From positions 2,683 through 66,682 of the forward strand of contig JAZDMI010000021.1 in NCBI GenBank assembly GCA_043801155.1: a stretch of 64,000 bases of DNA. The letters are read 5' to 3'. A program made the position numbers and the translations under genes. Shown in pieces: positions 10,041 to 21,460 of the stretch; positions within the stretch are counted from its first letter, which is position 1; the number at the start of each line of letters is the position of its first letter. The notes below the pieces were generated by a model. The model saw only the letters and a program-made list of their open reading frames with translations, was not told the origin of the DNA and did not search any database. The DNA is from Candidatus Gottesmanbacteria bacterium. GTDB taxonomy: Bacteria; Patescibacteriota; Microgenomatia; JAMCYU01.

Positions 10041-13000
10041 ATGGATAAAGGACAAAACTTAAATCATATTGCCGATTTTTCTGGTTTAAAGGTTACCCTA
10101 GCCTCACCAGCGATTATTAAATCCTGGTCATATGGTGAAGTTACCAAACCAGAAACAATAAATTATCGGACGCTAAAGCCAGAAAAGGATGGTCTTTTTG
10201 ACGAGAGAATTTTTGGTCCAACTAAAGATTGGGAATGTTATTGTGGAAAATATAAACGGATAAGATACCGGGGCATTATTTGTGATAAGTGTGGAGTTGA
10301 AGTTACCCAATCGAAGGTCAGACGGGAAAGAATGGGTCATATTATTTTAGCTTCTCCGGTTGCCCATGTGTGGTTCTTTAAAGGTGCGCCATCAAAACTA
10401 TCATTATTATTAGATATTACCCCTCGGGCTTTAGAAAATATTATTTACTTTGCCTCTTATTTAGTTTTAGATGTTGACGAAGAAGAAAAGAAAAAAGCGC
10501 TACGGACCTTAATTGAAGCAGAAGAAGAAAAGAAAAAAGCGCTACGGGATAAGCTGACGGAAAAACAAAAAGATCTTGAAAGTCAAAGAGCTAAAGAGGT
10601 TAAAGGAATTAAGGACAAGATTAAAAGTAAGGAACAGCAAGATTTGACTGTCAATGAATTTTTGCTAAAAAGCAAACAGGAAGAAGCGTTAGCCAGTGAA
10701 GAACAGGTTAAAGAGATTGACCAAGTTGGAGAGATTTACCGTACCCTAGCCGAATTAATCAGAAGCCAGAAAAGACTATCCCTTTTATCCGAAGACGAAT
10801 TTTTAAAACTTAAAGAATATAATGCTGCTTCATTTCTTAAGGTAGGAATGGGTGCCGAAGCCCTTCTTGATGTTATTGAAAAGATTGATTTGGATAAACT
10901 AGCGGCTGATTTAAGACAGGAAGTACAAAAATCAACCGGCCAAAGGCATATAAAGGCGACTAAAAGATTAAGAGTAGTTGAAGGTTTGAAAAAAGCCAGC
11001 CTGTCACCGTCATGGATGATTATGACGATATTGCCGGTGCTTCCTCCGGATCTGCGGCCGATGGTCCAGCTGACTGGCGGTCGATTTGCCACATCAGACC
11101 TTAATGATTTATATCGTCGGGTTATTAACCGCAATAATCGATTAAAACACTTAATGGATTTAGGAGCTCCGGAAATTATTTTACGAAATGAGAAAAGGAT
11201 GCTTCAGGAAGCAGTCGATTCTTTAATTGATGCAACCCAAAGACCAACCACACGGCCAGCGATACAGATTTTAAGATCACTTTCCGATATGCTTCGTGGG
11301 AAACAAGGTCGTTTCCGTCAAAACCTTTTAGGTAAACGAGTTGATTATTCCGGAAGATCAGTTATTGTTGTTGGGCCAGAATTATCCTTAACTCAATGCG
11401 GATTACCGAAAGAAATTGCCCTGGAAATGTTTAAACCGTTTGTTTTAAGAGAACTTATTACCAGGGGATTAGCACCAAATGTAAAATCAGCTAAAAATGT
11501 TTTGGAAAGAAGACTTCCGGAGGTTTTTGATATTTTAGAAGAAATTACTAAAGATCATCCGGTTCTTTTGAACCGAGCGCCGACACTTCATAAACTAGGT
11601 ATCCAAGCTTTTTATCCGGTGCTGATTGAAGGATCAGCTATTAGAATTCATCCATGTGTTTGCGCCGGATATAATGCCGATTTTGATGGTGATCAAATGG
11701 CTGTCCATATTCCTCTTTCGACCGCTGCTTGTAATGAAGCCGTGAACCTAATGTTACCGATCCATAATCTTTTGAAACCAGCCGATGGTTCGCCGATTAC
11801 CTTGCCTAATAAAGAAATGGCACTAGGTTGTTATTGGTTAACTACATTAATAGATAACGTTGATGATGAAAACCTAAAGGTATTTGCTAATGAAGCGACA
11901 GCTATTTTTGCTTATCAGTCTCAATCCTTGGATTTACGTCAAGCTTTTAAAATACAAATCAACGATAAGCTAATTAAAACCTCGGTTGGAAGAATTTTGT
12001 TTAATGAGATTCTACCGGATAAGCTTCGCTATATTAATGATCCTGTAAGAGCGGCAACGATTAAATCGTTAATTACTCAAGCTCTACGGATTTATCCATC
12101 AACAGAAGTAGCTAAATTAGTCGATTCTTTGAAGGATCTGGGATTCTGGGCCGCGACTCTTTCCGGGGGTGTATCAGTATCTGTTTTTGATTGCAAAGTT
12201 ATTCCGGAAAAGCAAAAAATGATTAATGAAGCCGAAGTGCGGATTACTGAAGTAGAAAATAATTTTCGTGAAGGTTTGATTACCAGTGAAGAAAAAAAGA
12301 GATTATCTAATGAAATTTGGTTGGAAGTGACAGAAAAAATTGCCGGGGAAACGTGGGTGAGATTATTACCCGATAATCCGGTAAAAATAATTATTGAATC
12401 AGGTGGAGCGAGAGCGTCAAAAGATCAACTTAAACAATTAGCCGCGATGAGGGGTTTAGTCGTTGATCCGTTAGGAAAAATTGTCGAACTGCCGACTAAA
12501 TCGAATTTTCGTGAAGGATTATCCATTTTTGAATATGTTACCAGTACTCGAGGTTCACGTAAGGGTTTAACCGATTCAGCCCTGAAGACGGCCGACGCTG
12601 GTTATTTAACCAGACGATTAGTTGATGTTTCACACGATGCCATTATCAGACTTGATGATTGTCATACCAAGGATGGCATTGAGATTAGTCGAACTGATAA
12701 ACGGCAAGCCTCTTTTGTCAGTCGAATTTTAGGAAGAATTCTGGTTGAAAACGTAACTGATCCAAAAACTAAAAAAATCCTGATAAAAAGCGGTGATGAA
12801 ATAAATGAAGATAATATTGGTTTAATCGAAGAATACAGTATTGCTAAAGTGTCAGTTCGTTCTCCATTAACCTGTCAAGCTAAGTATGGTTTGTGTGTTA
12901 CTTGTTATGGTCGCGATTTTAGTACGCGAAAAATGGTAGAGATTGGTACACCGGGCGGGGTTTTAGCAGCTCAATCAATTGGTGAACCGGGAACACAATT

Positions 13001-13751
13001 AACTATGCGGGTTAAACACACCGGAGGGATTGTCGGACTAGATGTTACTCAAGGATTACCAAGGGTCGAAGAGCTTTTTGAAGCAAGAACTCCTAAAGTT
13101 TTATCACCAATAAGTGAAATAAGCGGAAAAGCCCGAGTCGAGGAAACAGCTGACGGTTATAAGATCGTCGTGCGTAGTCGCGGTAAACCAGTAGAGGAAC
13201 GGGAATACATGGTTCCCCTGACCATTGAACTTCGGGTAAATGATGGTGATGAAGTTCTGGCGGGCGAACAGTTGGCAACAGGATTTTTAGATATTAAGGA
13301 AGTATTACAGGTTCGCGGACTGCGAGGAGCACAAAGGTATCTTATTGATGAAGTCCAGGCGGTTTATGAATCACAAGGTATTCCTATTAATGATAAACAT
13401 TTTGAAGTTATTGTCAGGAAAATGAGCGATAAGGTTAAGATTGAATCAGCCGGCGATACAGTCTTATTGCCTGGGGAACTAGTTGATAAAATTCGTTTTG
13501 AAAATGAAAACGGAAAAATATTGGCTGAAGGTGGAGAACCGGCAACCGCTCAAACAGTAGTTTTGGGAATTACCAGAGCTGCACTATATACAGAATCTTG
13601 GTTGTCGGCGGCCTCATTCCAAGAAACAACTAATGTTTTAACTGATGCGGCCATTTTAGGTAAAGAAGATAAATTGATAGGCCTTAAGGAAAATGTTATA
13701 ATCGGTCGCCTAATTCCAACGAGTCCGGACCGGGCCAAGATCGAAAGTTAA
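10041..13751 (+). CDS. rpoC: DNA-directed RNA polymerase beta' subunit
   Basis: Zn-finger '[20 protein letters not shown]' and '[12 protein letters not shown]' catalytic motif; alternative upstream ATG at 10023. Confidence 0.97.
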   Translation: MDKGQNLNHIADFSGLKVTLASPAIIKSWSYGEVTKPETINYRTLKPEKDGLFDERIFGPTKDWECYCGKYKRIRYRGIICDKCGVEVTQSKVRRERMGHIILASPVAHVWFFKGAPSKLSLLLDITPRALENIIYFASYLVLDVDEEEKKKALRTLIEAEEEKKKALRDKLTEKQKDLESQRAKEVKGIKDKIKSKEQQDLTVNEFLLKSKQEEALASEEQVKEIDQVGEIYRTLAELIRSQKRLSLLSEDEFLKLKEYNAASFLKVGMGAEALLDVIEKIDLDKLAADLRQEVQKSTGQRHIKATKRLRVVEGLKKASLSPSWMIMTILPVLPPDLRPMVQLTGGRFATSDLNDLYRRVINRNNRLKHLMDLGAPEIILRNEKRMLQEAVDSLIDATQRPTTRPAIQILRSLSDMLRGKQGRFRQNLLGKRVDYSGRSVIVVGPELSLTQCGLPKEIALEMFKPFVLRELITRGLAPNVKSAKNVLERRLPEVFDILEEITKDHPVLLNRAPTLHKLGIQAFYPVLIEGSAIRIHPCVCAGYNADFDGDQMAVHIPLSTAACNEAVNLMLPIHNLLKPADGSPITLPNKEMALGCYWLTTLIDNVDDENLKVFANEATAIFAYQSQSLDLRQAFKIQINDKLIKTSVGRILFNEILPDKLRYINDPVRAATIKSLITQALRIYPSTEVAKLVDSLKDLGFWAATLSGGVSVSVFDCKVIPEKQKMINEAEVRITEVENNFREGLITSEEKKRLSNEIWLEVTEKIAGETWVRLLPDNPVKIIIESGGARASKDQLKQLAAMRGLVVDPLGKIVELPTKSNFREGLSIFEYVTSTRGSRKGLTDSALKTADAGYLTRRLVDVSHDAIIRLDDCHTKDGIEISRTDKRQASFVSRILGRILVENVTDPKTKKILIKSGDEINEDNIGLIEEYSIAKVSVRSPLTCQAKYGLCVTCYGRDFSTRKMVEIGTPGGVLAAQSIGEPGTQLTMRVKHTGGIVGLDVTQGLPRVEELFEARTPKVLSPISEISGKARVEETADGYKIVVRSRGKPVEEREYMVPLTIELRVNDGDEVLAGEQLATGFLDIKEVLQVRGLRGAQRYLIDEVQAVYESQGIPINDKHFEVIVRKMSDKVKIESAGDTVLLPGELVDKIRFENENGKILAEGGEPATAQTVVLGITRAALYTESWLSAASFQETTNVLTDAAILGKEDKLIGLKENVIIGRLIPTSPDRAKIES

Positions 13752-13757
13752 CAATAT

Positions 13758-14219
13758 ATGCCAACTATTTCACAATTAGTCAGAAAAGGAAGAAAAAAGA
13801 TTGCCGGCAAAGTAAAGGCAACGGCTTTGCGAAAAATTTTTAATCCACGCTTGCGCCGGATAAAAATTGTTTACGGTCCACAAAAGCGGGGAGTTTGTAC
13901 TGTGGTTAAAACCATGACGCCGAAAAAGCCTAATTCAGCCCTGCGTAAAGTTGCTCGGGTAAGGCTTTCTAATAAACAGGAAGTAACGGCCTATATTCCC
14001 GGTATCGGCCATGAACTGGCCGAACATTCGATTGTTTTAGTCAGAGGTGGACGGGTCAAAGACCTTCCCGGAGTAAAATATCATATCATTAGGGGTAAAT
14101 ATGATACCAGCGGAGTAGCTGGCCGAAAACAAGGACGATCCAAATATGGTGCTAAGCTTAAAAGCATGACCGGTCCGGTGGAAAAACCACCACCAGTAGC
14201 AGCCGCACCAACGAGTTAA
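13758..14219 (+). CDS. rpsL: 30S ribosomal protein S12, with a roughly 20-aa C-terminal extension
   Basis: '[14 protein letters not shown]...' S12 N-terminus. Confidence 0.93.
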   Translation: MPTISQLVRKGRKKIAGKVKATALRKIFNPRLRRIKIVYGPQKRGVCTVVKTMTPKKPNSALRKVARVRLSNKQEVTAYIPGIGHELAEHSIVLVRGGRVKDLPGVKYHIIRGKYDTSGVAGRKQGRSKYGAKLKSMTGPVEKPPPVAAAPTS

Positions 14220-14225
14220 AAATTT

Positions 14226-14699
14226 ATGAGAGCAGGACACATAAAAAAAAGAATTATTGAAGCAGATCCACTTTACAACTCGGTTTTAGTCAACCGGTTT
14301 ATTAACCGGGTGATGAAAGATGGTAAAAAAGGTATTGCTCAACGATTAGTTTATGGAGCATTAGAAGATATTAAAAGCAAAGGTAAAGATCCGATTAAAA
14401 CTTTAGAAGATGCCATTGCGAATATTTCGCCGAGAATGGAAGTCAGGCCGCGACGGGTTGGTGGTGCTTCATATCAGGTTCCGAGTGAAGTTCGCGGAGA
14501 CAGACGAATTTCTTTGGCAATTCGCTGGATGATAAATGCGGCTAACAACCGTTCTAATAAAGAATTCCACACTTTTGATAAAAAATTATCTACCGAAATA
14601 ATTGATGCCAGTCAGGGTTTAGGGGAAGCGATTAGGAAAAGAGATCAAATGCAAAAAATGGCTGACGCCAACAGAGCCTTCGCCCACTTCAGGTGGTAA
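14226..14699 (+). CDS. rpsG: 30S ribosomal protein S7
   Basis: S7 family sequence 'VRPRRVGGASYQVPSEV'. Confidence 0.93.
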   Translation: MRAGHIKKRIIEADPLYNSVLVNRFINRVMKDGKKGIAQRLVYGALEDIKSKGKDPIKTLEDAIANISPRMEVRPRRVGGASYQVPSEVRGDRRISLAIRWMINAANNRSNKEFHTFDKKLSTEIIDASQGLGEAIRKRDQMQKMADANRAFAHFRW

Positions 14700-14883
14700 A
14701 TTAGTCTAATTCATCAAATTGGGATTTATTGTGAAGTATCATATTCTGCAGGTTCAATTAGCGGTCTTTTTCCCTGAGGAGACGGAGAAAAAAATAACGT
14801 CAGTATCATCATGATGACACTAAAAGAAATAATCATTAATGATACAACGATAACTATTTTCTTATTGTTCTCAAAAAATTCGT

Positions 14884-15447
14884 TCATAATTGGAATTCAC
14901 CGGTAACCCAGTCGTATTCGTTTTGCCAATTGCGGCCGGAACAACTCCAGCCTGGACTTTGTGGATGGGGTCGGGCAGTTGTTTCCATTTCTCTTATCCC
15001 TAAAACATAAAAAGTACCTCTAGCTGAAGGGCAACCATAACTGCCGGCAACGTAACGATAATAATTAAGATTATAGCATACTGATGTTCCTCCAAATGGA
15101 TCAGAAGCGTTAATTGAGGGATCGGTGATATTTGTTTTAAGATCACCCGAATCTTGAAGCGTCTTGATAAACGAAATTCCACATCCGGCTACTTCCCAAC
15201 CACCGCAAGGACTAGTACAGGTTGAATTGCCTCCGGAATTAGGCGGCGGGAAATTGCCATTAAGGATGCGATAACTACTTAGTGCTAGTCTTATTTGTGC
15301 TGTAAGTGATAATCTTTGAGCATCACGTGCCTTTTTAATTTTGCTGATCGGATTGATGGCCACCATTAATCCCGTAGATAATATACTTATAACCGCTACG
15401 ACTACTAGTAGTTCTATTAACGTAAATCCATTAGATAACTTGGACAT
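14884..15447 (-). CDS. type IV pilin / pseudopilin with prepilin-type N-terminal cleavage-methylation domain
   Basis: 'NGFTLIELLVVVAVISIL' class III signal; Cys pairs in the C-terminal domain. Confidence 0.8.
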   Translation of the reverse strand: MSKLSNGFTLIELLVVVAVISILSTGLMVAINPISKIKKARDAQRLSLTAQIRLALSSYRILNGNFPPPNSGGNSTCTSPCGGWEVAGCGISFIKTLQDSGDLKTNITDPSINASDPFGGTSVCYNLNYYRYVAGSYGCPSARGTFYVLGIREMETTARPHPQSPGWSCSGRNWQNEYDWVTGEFQL

Positions 15448-15475
15448 ATTTTCAGTATATACTATAATTTTATTA

Positions 15476-16567
15476 ATGAAAAGATTTTTTTATACATCCA
15501 TTTTTATCCTTATCTGTTTCGATATGCTGATTATTTTTTATTTGATAAGTATTCAACCTAAAGAAAATCAAAAGAAAATAGTTCCATTACAGGTCAATCT
15601 AAAAAAATCTTTAGAAGTAGATATTACTAATAAAAGTATTAACGTTAGTGATATCTTTAAATATCAAGATCCTGATTTTTCAGGTTATAATCCCAATGAA
15701 ATTGTGCTTTTAGCTACCGGTGATGTAATTCTAGCCAGAAGTGTCAATAGCTTAATGGTTTCGAAAAATAATTTTCTTTATCCATTTGAGAAGACCGCTA
15801 ATTTTTTAAAAAATTCTGACATAACTTTTATAAATCTGGAATCGCCCCTAATTCCCAATTGTGCAACCACAGTCGAAGGTATGGTTTTTTGTGGTAGTGA
15901 GAATGCCGTTGCAGGATTAGTTTTTAGTGGCGTTGACGTAGTCAGCATTGCTAATAACCATATGGCTGATCAAGGAGAGGATGGGATAAATAATACAACT
16001 AATATCCTGATGAAAAATAATATTGCCGTAACTGGTAACGGCAATCCGGCAATCTTAACGGCCAAAGGAAAAAAATTTGGATTTTTAGGGTACAACGATA
16101 TCAGTGAAAGATATGACTTATTGCCTAAGCCAGACGATATTCTTTTACAAAAAGATATTTATAAATTAAAACAAAAAGTGAACTATGTGATTGTTGCTTT
16201 TCATTGGGGGGTTGAATATACAGCCAGTCCTTCAGCCAGACAAGTCGAATTAGCCCATATGGCCATTGATAACGGTGCTGATTTGGTCATCGGTAATCAT
16301 CCTCACTGGGTGCAGGGAATTGAACAATACGAAGGGAAATTAATAACCTATGCCCATGGTAATTTTGTTTTTGACCAAATGTGGTCGCCAGAAACCAGGG
16401 AAGGCGTAATCGGTAAATATGTTTTTGGTAACAATGGTTTAAAGTCTGTTAATTTTTACCCAATCATTATTGAAAATTATGCTCAGCCAAGATTTGCCCA
16501 AAAAGAAGAAGCCGTCAAGATCTTGGAAAAAATGAAAGCCACATCGCCCATAGTCAAATCTCCCTAA
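15476..16567 (+). CDS. CapA/PGA-biosynthesis family metallophosphatase-like protein
   Basis: 'ANNHMADQGEDG', 'AFHWGVEYT', 'GNHPHWVQG', 'HGNFVFDQ' motifs; start set at ATG 15476 to avoid the antisense overlap with the pilin gene. Confidence 0.7.
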   Translation: MKRFFYTSIFILICFDMLIIFYLISIQPKENQKKIVPLQVNLKKSLEVDITNKSINVSDIFKYQDPDFSGYNPNEIVLLATGDVILARSVNSLMVSKNNFLYPFEKTANFLKNSDITFINLESPLIPNCATTVEGMVFCGSENAVAGLVFSGVDVVSIANNHMADQGEDGINNTTNILMKNNIAVTGNGNPAILTAKGKKFGFLGYNDISERYDLLPKPDDILLQKDIYKLKQKVNYVIVAFHWGVEYTASPSARQVELAHMAIDNGADLVIGNHPHWVQGIEQYEGKLITYAHGNFVFDQMWSPETREGVIGKYVFGNNGLKSVNFYPIIIENYAQPRFAQKEEAVKILEKMKATSPIVKSP

Positions 16568-16586
16568 CTTTGTTACACTTAACTGT

Positions 16587-19028
16587 GTGTATAAAGGACT
16601 TTCAGAAAACGAAACAGCTATTTTAAAAAGTAAATTTGGCGAGAATTCTCTTCCGGCAAAAGAGGCCACCAGTCCGTTAACTATTTTTATCTCTCAATTT
16701 AAAAGCCCACTAATTTATATCCTTTTAATTGTTGCCTTAATTTCTTTTCTATTTGCTCAATACTTTGATAGTCTGTTAATTTTTGCCGTGATATTGATTA
16801 ATGTTCTGATGAGTTTTTTCCAGGAATATAATGCCCAAAAAACCTTAGCCGCTCTTCAACAGGTCCTTAAACCTGAAGTCTTAGTAATAAGAGATGGCCT
16901 AAGAAAGCGTATTGAAGCAAAGTATCTATTACCCGGTGATTTAGTTGTTTTGGGAGCTGGTGATCGGATTCCGGCTGATGGGAAGCTGATTGAAGGGACC
17001 AGTTTCTTGGTTAACGAGGCAATTCTAACAGGAGAAGAAGAAGGAGTTAATAAGACAATCGAGGACAAGAGAAATTTACTTTTTATGGGAACAAGTATTC
17101 TTTTTGGTCAGGGAATTATGGAAGTCATAACGATCGGACAAACTACTCAAGTTGGAAAAATAGGTCAAAGTCTAACCGAGATTAAAGAAGAACCAACACC
17201 TCTTCAGAGACGACTAACACAATTTTCCAAATCTCTGGCTAAAGTTATCCTTGGTTTGTGTTTCTTTATTTTAATTATCGGAGTATTAAGTGGAAAAGAT
17301 TTCTGGATGATGCTTAAAACCTCGATTATATTATCGGTGGCCGCCATTCCCGAAGGATTACCGGTGGCGATTACCGTTATTTTGGTATTAGGCATGAGAA
17401 AAATACTAAAAAAACAGGGATTGGTTAAAAAGTTGCTGTCAATCGAAACTTTAGGTTCAACCTCAGTGATTTGCACTGATAAAACCGGGACACTGACCGA
17501 AGGAAAAATGAAGGTGGTTGAAACCGATTTTGTCGATCAGACCAAAGGAGTTTTAGCTTTAATGTTGGCCAATTATCAAAGGACTAATATCGAAATTGCT
17601 TTTTGGGATCATGCCCAAAGTAAAAAACATTTACTTCCCGCAGAAATTTTAACGTCGTTGACTAAGACATACGAGGAACCTTTTGATAGTGAAAAAAAAT
17701 ATACTCTGGTAATAAATAAAATGGCTGATAAAGAAACAGCCTTTATGGTAGGGGCAGCAGAAATTGTCCTAAATTTTTGCCGGCAAGACTCTTCTTCAAC
17801 AAAAAAAATTATCGCCATGATTGAGGATTGGGCTGACCGCGGATTAAAAGTTGTCGGATTGGCTTTTAAAGAAGACGGTAATTTGAAGGAAAAAAATAAT
17901 TTTTCTTGGCTGGGGCTTGTTGGTATTGAGGATCCCCTCCGGCAGGAAGCAAAAGAAGCGATTATCACAGCCCAAAAGGCCGGAATAAAAATAAAAATCG
18001 TTACCGGCGACTTACGGAAAACGGCTGAAAGAATCGCTAAAAATTTAGATTTACAGTTTTCCCCTGATCAAATTTTAGAAGGCAAGGAATTGGAAACGCT
18101 TACAGATTTAGAAATTAATAAAAGGATTAATAATATCGTTTTGTTTACCCGGGTTACTCCTCATCAAAAGTTAAAGATTGTCGAAATTTTACAGGCACGG
18201 GGTGAAGTGGTGGCGATGACCGGCGATGGGGTTAATGATGCGCCGGCTCTTAAAAAGGCCGATATCGGCGTTGTTGTCGGTACCGGATCGGATGTGGCGA
18301 AAGAAGCCGGAGATCTGATACTTCTGGATAATAATTTTAAAACAATCGTCTCTGCTTGTGAGGAAGGCAGATTGATTATTGCTAATCTGAAAAAAGTTAT
18401 CGGCTATGTTTTATCCAATTCGTTTTCCGAGATTATCTTAATTTTTGGGGCTATTATTACTCAACTACCAACACCATTAACCGTGGTTCAAATTCTTTGG
18501 ATTCATCTTATCTGTGACGGACCGCCGGACATTCTTTTGAGTTTTGAACCAAAAGAAAATGGCTTGATGTTACAAAAACCCAAAGACTTGAAAAACGATA
18601 TTATTCTTAGCCGAACAATGAAAGTGTTGATATTAACCGTCAGTTTGATATCCGGTTTAGGTTCACTGCTTGTTTTCAAATATTTTCTGCAAACCGGAAA
18701 TAATTTAACTATAGCCAGAACGATGATTTTTACCTTTTTATCTTTGGTCAGTCTGGTTTACATTTTTTCCTTTAAAAACCTGCATAAATCAGTTATTAAA
18801 ACTGAGAATTTTTTTGCGAATAAATACCTATTTTTGGGGGTATTGTATGGATTAATCCTAATTTTAGCAGCCGTTTATTTACCCTTTTTTAATCTGATAT
18901 TAGGAACAACTCCTCTTAATATTAAACAATGGTTATTAATCATCAGCCTTAGCTTGGCTATAACCGTAACCATTGAACTATTTAAATTGACCAATATTTT
19001 TCAAGAAAAAATAACCAGGACGGGTTAG
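16587..19028 (+). CDS. P-type cation-transporting ATPase (P2-type, Ca2+/Mg2+-like), GTG start
   Basis: 'ICTDKTGTLT' phosphorylation motif, 'TGDGVNDAPALKKADIGV' hinge, 10 TM helices; TGEE in place of TGES. Confidence 0.9.
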   Translation: MYKGLSENETAILKSKFGENSLPAKEATSPLTIFISQFKSPLIYILLIVALISFLFAQYFDSLLIFAVILINVLMSFFQEYNAQKTLAALQQVLKPEVLVIRDGLRKRIEAKYLLPGDLVVLGAGDRIPADGKLIEGTSFLVNEAILTGEEEGVNKTIEDKRNLLFMGTSILFGQGIMEVITIGQTTQVGKIGQSLTEIKEEPTPLQRRLTQFSKSLAKVILGLCFFILIIGVLSGKDFWMMLKTSIILSVAAIPEGLPVAITVILVLGMRKILKKQGLVKKLLSIETLGSTSVICTDKTGTLTEGKMKVVETDFVDQTKGVLALMLANYQRTNIEIAFWDHAQSKKHLLPAEILTSLTKTYEEPFDSEKKYTLVINKMADKETAFMVGAAEIVLNFCRQDSSSTKKIIAMIEDWADRGLKVVGLAFKEDGNLKEKNNFSWLGLVGIEDPLRQEAKEAIITAQKAGIKIKIVTGDLRKTAERIAKNLDLQFSPDQILEGKELETLTDLEINKRINNIVLFTRVTPHQKLKIVEILQARGEVVAMTGDGVNDAPALKKADIGVVVGTGSDVAKEAGDLILLDNNFKTIVSACEEGRLIIANLKKVIGYVLSNSFSEIILIFGAIITQLPTPLTVVQILWIHLICDGPPDILLSFEPKENGLMLQKPKDLKNDIILSRTMKVLILTVSLISGLGSLLVFKYFLQTGNNLTIARTMIFTFLSLVSLVYIFSFKNLHKSVIKTENFFANKYLFLGVLYGLILILAAVYLPFFNLILGTTPLNIKQWLLIISLSLAITVTIELFKLTNIFQEKITRTG

Positions 19029-19043
19029 TCTAATATTAAAACC

Positions 19044-19072
19044 TTGTATTTGGATATTGGTTTTGTTAAAAT
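19044..19072 (+). promoter_or_regulatory. promoter-like element upstream of fusA
   Basis: TTGTAT, 17 nt, TAAAAT. Confidence 0.4.
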
Positions 19073-19084
19073 CTAACTTAGAGC

Positions 19085-19116
19085 AAAACTGCTTTGCCTT
19101 AGGCAGGCAGTTTTTT
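19085..19116 (+). terminator. intrinsic terminator/attenuator hairpin with U-tract; terminates the ATPase gene and lies 6 nt before the fusA ATG
   Basis: AAAACTGC..(TGCC tta GGCA)..GCAGTTTT followed by a T6 run. Confidence 0.55.
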
Positions 19117-19121
19117 ATATT

Positions 19122-21263
19122 ATGGCACAACAAGCACCAGAACTAATTGTTACTAAAAAAAGAAACGTTCCTTTAAATATGGTTCGTAATATCGGGATTA
19201 TTGCCCATATTGATGCCGGTAAAACGACCACGACCGAACGTTTTCTCTATTATACCGGCAGAACATATAAAATCGGCGATATTGACGAGGGAACGACAGT
19301 TATGGATTGGATGGATCAGGAACGTGAACGGGGTATTACGATTACTTCAGCCGCGACGACTGCATTTTGGCCGCCGATTGAAAAGGCCAGTAAAGAAGAA
19401 AATCAATATAGAATTAATATTATTGATACTCCGGGTCATGTGGATTTTACCGCCGAAGTTGAAAGAAGCCTGCGGGTTTTAGACGGCGGAGTTGTTGTTC
19501 TGGATGCCGAAGAAGGAGTGCAATCCCAATCGGAAACAGTCTGGCACCAAGCCGATAAATATAACGTGCCGCGGATATGTTTTATTAACAAAATGGATAA
19601 AGTCGGCGCTGACTATCAACGGACCGTTAAAATGATTGAAGATAGATTAGGCGTAAAAACTGCGGTTATGAATTTACCGATCGGCCGCGAATCAAGTTTC
19701 AAAGGTGTAGTTGACCTATTAACAAAACAAACTTATATCTGGGGATCGGATGAAATAGGCGCCAGCTTTGATACCAGTGATGAAATTCCCGCTGACCTAA
19801 AAGACGAGGTGGAAACAGCTCGTTATAAGCTGATTGAAAAGATCAGTGAAACTGATGATATTCTTTTAGATAAGTATCTTAACGGCCAGGAACCAACAAT
19901 TGCAGAATTAAAGGGAGCGTTGCGACGGGCAACTATTGCCTATAAATTGGTACCGATTTATTGCGGTTCATCGCTAAGGAATAAAGGTGTGCAACCGCTT
20001 TTGGATGCCGTGGTTGATTATTTACCTTCGCCGGTTGATTTGCCTGAGGTTGTTGGTTTTAATCCGCAGACTGGAGACAAAGAATTACGCAAGGCTGATA
20101 GTAATTCTCCCTTTGCTGCTTTAGCTTTTAAAATTCAAATTGATCCCCATGTAGGTAAACTGACCTATGCGAGAATCTATTCCGGGACCTTAAAAGCCGG
20201 TTCTTATATTCAAAATTCAGCTAAGGACAATCAGGAACGTGCCGGACGATTACTTTTAATGCATGCCGATCATCGGGAAGAAATTGACCAGGCTTTTGCC
20301 GGAGAAATCGTGGCGATTGTTGGTCTCAAAGATACGACTACCGGTGATACGCTCTGCGACGTTGCTAATCCAATAGTTCTTGAAAAAATTACTTTTCCGG
20401 ATCCGGTTATTTCACTAGCGATTGAACCAAAGACTAAAGCCGATCAGGAAAAAATGAGTTATGCTCTGCAAAGATTAGCTGAAGAAGACCCAACTTTTAA
20501 AATTAAATCTAATTTTGAAACCGGTCAAACAACTATTTGGGGAATGGGTGAGCTTCATTTGGAAATATTAGTTGATCGGATGTTTCGAGAATTTAAGGTG
20601 GGGGCCAATGTCGGAGCACCCCAGGTTGCTTACAAAGAAACAATTAAAGGCCAAGCCCAGGCTGAAGGAAAATATATCCGTCAGTCAGGCGGTCGTGGAC
20701 AATACGGACATTGTTATCTGCGGATTGAACCAAAGAATCGCGGCGAAGGTTATGAGTGGGTTAATGCGATTAAAGGCGCAGCGATTCCGAATGAATTTAT
20801 TCCGGCAGTCCAAAAGGGTGTTAAGGAGGCAATGGATAACGGAGTAATTGCCGGATATCCCCTGGTTGATATGAAAGTTACTTTATATGACGGTAGTTAT
20901 CATGAAGTTGATTCTTCCGAAGTAGCCTTTAAGATTGCTGGTTCAATGGCTCTGCAGTCTGCTGTTAAGCAAGCCCAGCCGACGCTGCTTGAGCCGATTA
21001 TGAAAGTTGAGGTGACGACTCCGGAAGAATTTATGGGTGACATTATCGGCGATATCTCGGCCAAGCGGGGACAAATATCAGGATCAGAGACACGCGGTCC
21101 AGTTAGAATTATTACCTGCTTGGTGCCGTTGGCAGAACTGGCCGGATATGCAACTACGTTACGAAGTATGAGTCAGGGGCGGGCAAATTATTATATGGAA
21201 CCGTCTCACTACGAAGAAGTACCAAAGAACATTCAGGAGAAAATAATATCTTCCCAAAGCTAA
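19122..21263 (+). CDS. fusA: elongation factor G
   Basis: '[19 protein letters not shown]', 'DTPGHVDF' G-domain motifs; full length. Confidence 0.96.
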   Translation: MAQQAPELIVTKKRNVPLNMVRNIGIIAHIDAGKTTTTERFLYYTGRTYKIGDIDEGTTVMDWMDQERERGITITSAATTAFWPPIEKASKEENQYRINIIDTPGHVDFTAEVERSLRVLDGGVVVLDAEEGVQSQSETVWHQADKYNVPRICFINKMDKVGADYQRTVKMIEDRLGVKTAVMNLPIGRESSFKGVVDLLTKQTYIWGSDEIGASFDTSDEIPADLKDEVETARYKLIEKISETDDILLDKYLNGQEPTIAELKGALRRATIAYKLVPIYCGSSLRNKGVQPLLDAVVDYLPSPVDLPEVVGFNPQTGDKELRKADSNSPFAALAFKIQIDPHVGKLTYARIYSGTLKAGSYIQNSAKDNQERAGRLLLMHADHREEIDQAFAGEIVAIVGLKDTTTGDTLCDVANPIVLEKITFPDPVISLAIEPKTKADQEKMSYALQRLAEEDPTFKIKSNFETGQTTIWGMGELHLEILVDRMFREFKVGANVGAPQVAYKETIKGQAQAEGKYIRQSGGRGQYGHCYLRIEPKNRGEGYEWVNAIKGAAIPNEFIPAVQKGVKEAMDNGVIAGYPLVDMKVTLYDGSYHEVDSSEVAFKIAGSMALQSAVKQAQPTLLEPIMKVEVTTPEEFMGDIIGDISAKRGQISGSETRGPVRIITCLVPLAELAGYATTLRSMSQGRANYYMEPSHYEEVPKNIQEKIISSQS

Positions 21264-21354
21264 AGCTTTGGGTTTTACCTTTAAAGGAAGATATTTAAAA
21301 TGCTTCAATTCATCCGCGCAATGAATTGCACGGTATTCTTGAAGCATTATATAA

Positions 21355-21383
21355 TTGCAAAACAAGCCTAATTGTGGTATAAA
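21355..21383 (+). promoter_or_regulatory. promoter-like element upstream of tuf
   Basis: TTGCAA, 17 nt, TATAAA with an upstream TG (extended -10). Confidence 0.45.
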
Positions 21384-21460
21384 CTAAATACTAATAATAA
21401 ATTTTATATTAAAAAACGCCCGCCTTCGCATCAAGCTTCGGCGAGGTAAGAAAGGAATAT

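Noticed and set aside
15341-15475. 5' extension of the CapA-like ORF overlapping the pilin gene on the opposite strand
   Set aside because: Translation of the extension is low-complexity (TTTSSSINVNP). A better start at ATG 15476 gives the hydrophobic signal anchor typical of CapA proteins.
19201-19482. Same-strand overlapping alternative-frame ORFs inside fusA (19201..19482, 20572..20847), hsdM (27695..27949), the GNAT gene (27221..27505) and others
   Set aside because: Embedded within well-supported genes in other frames, with no independent start context.
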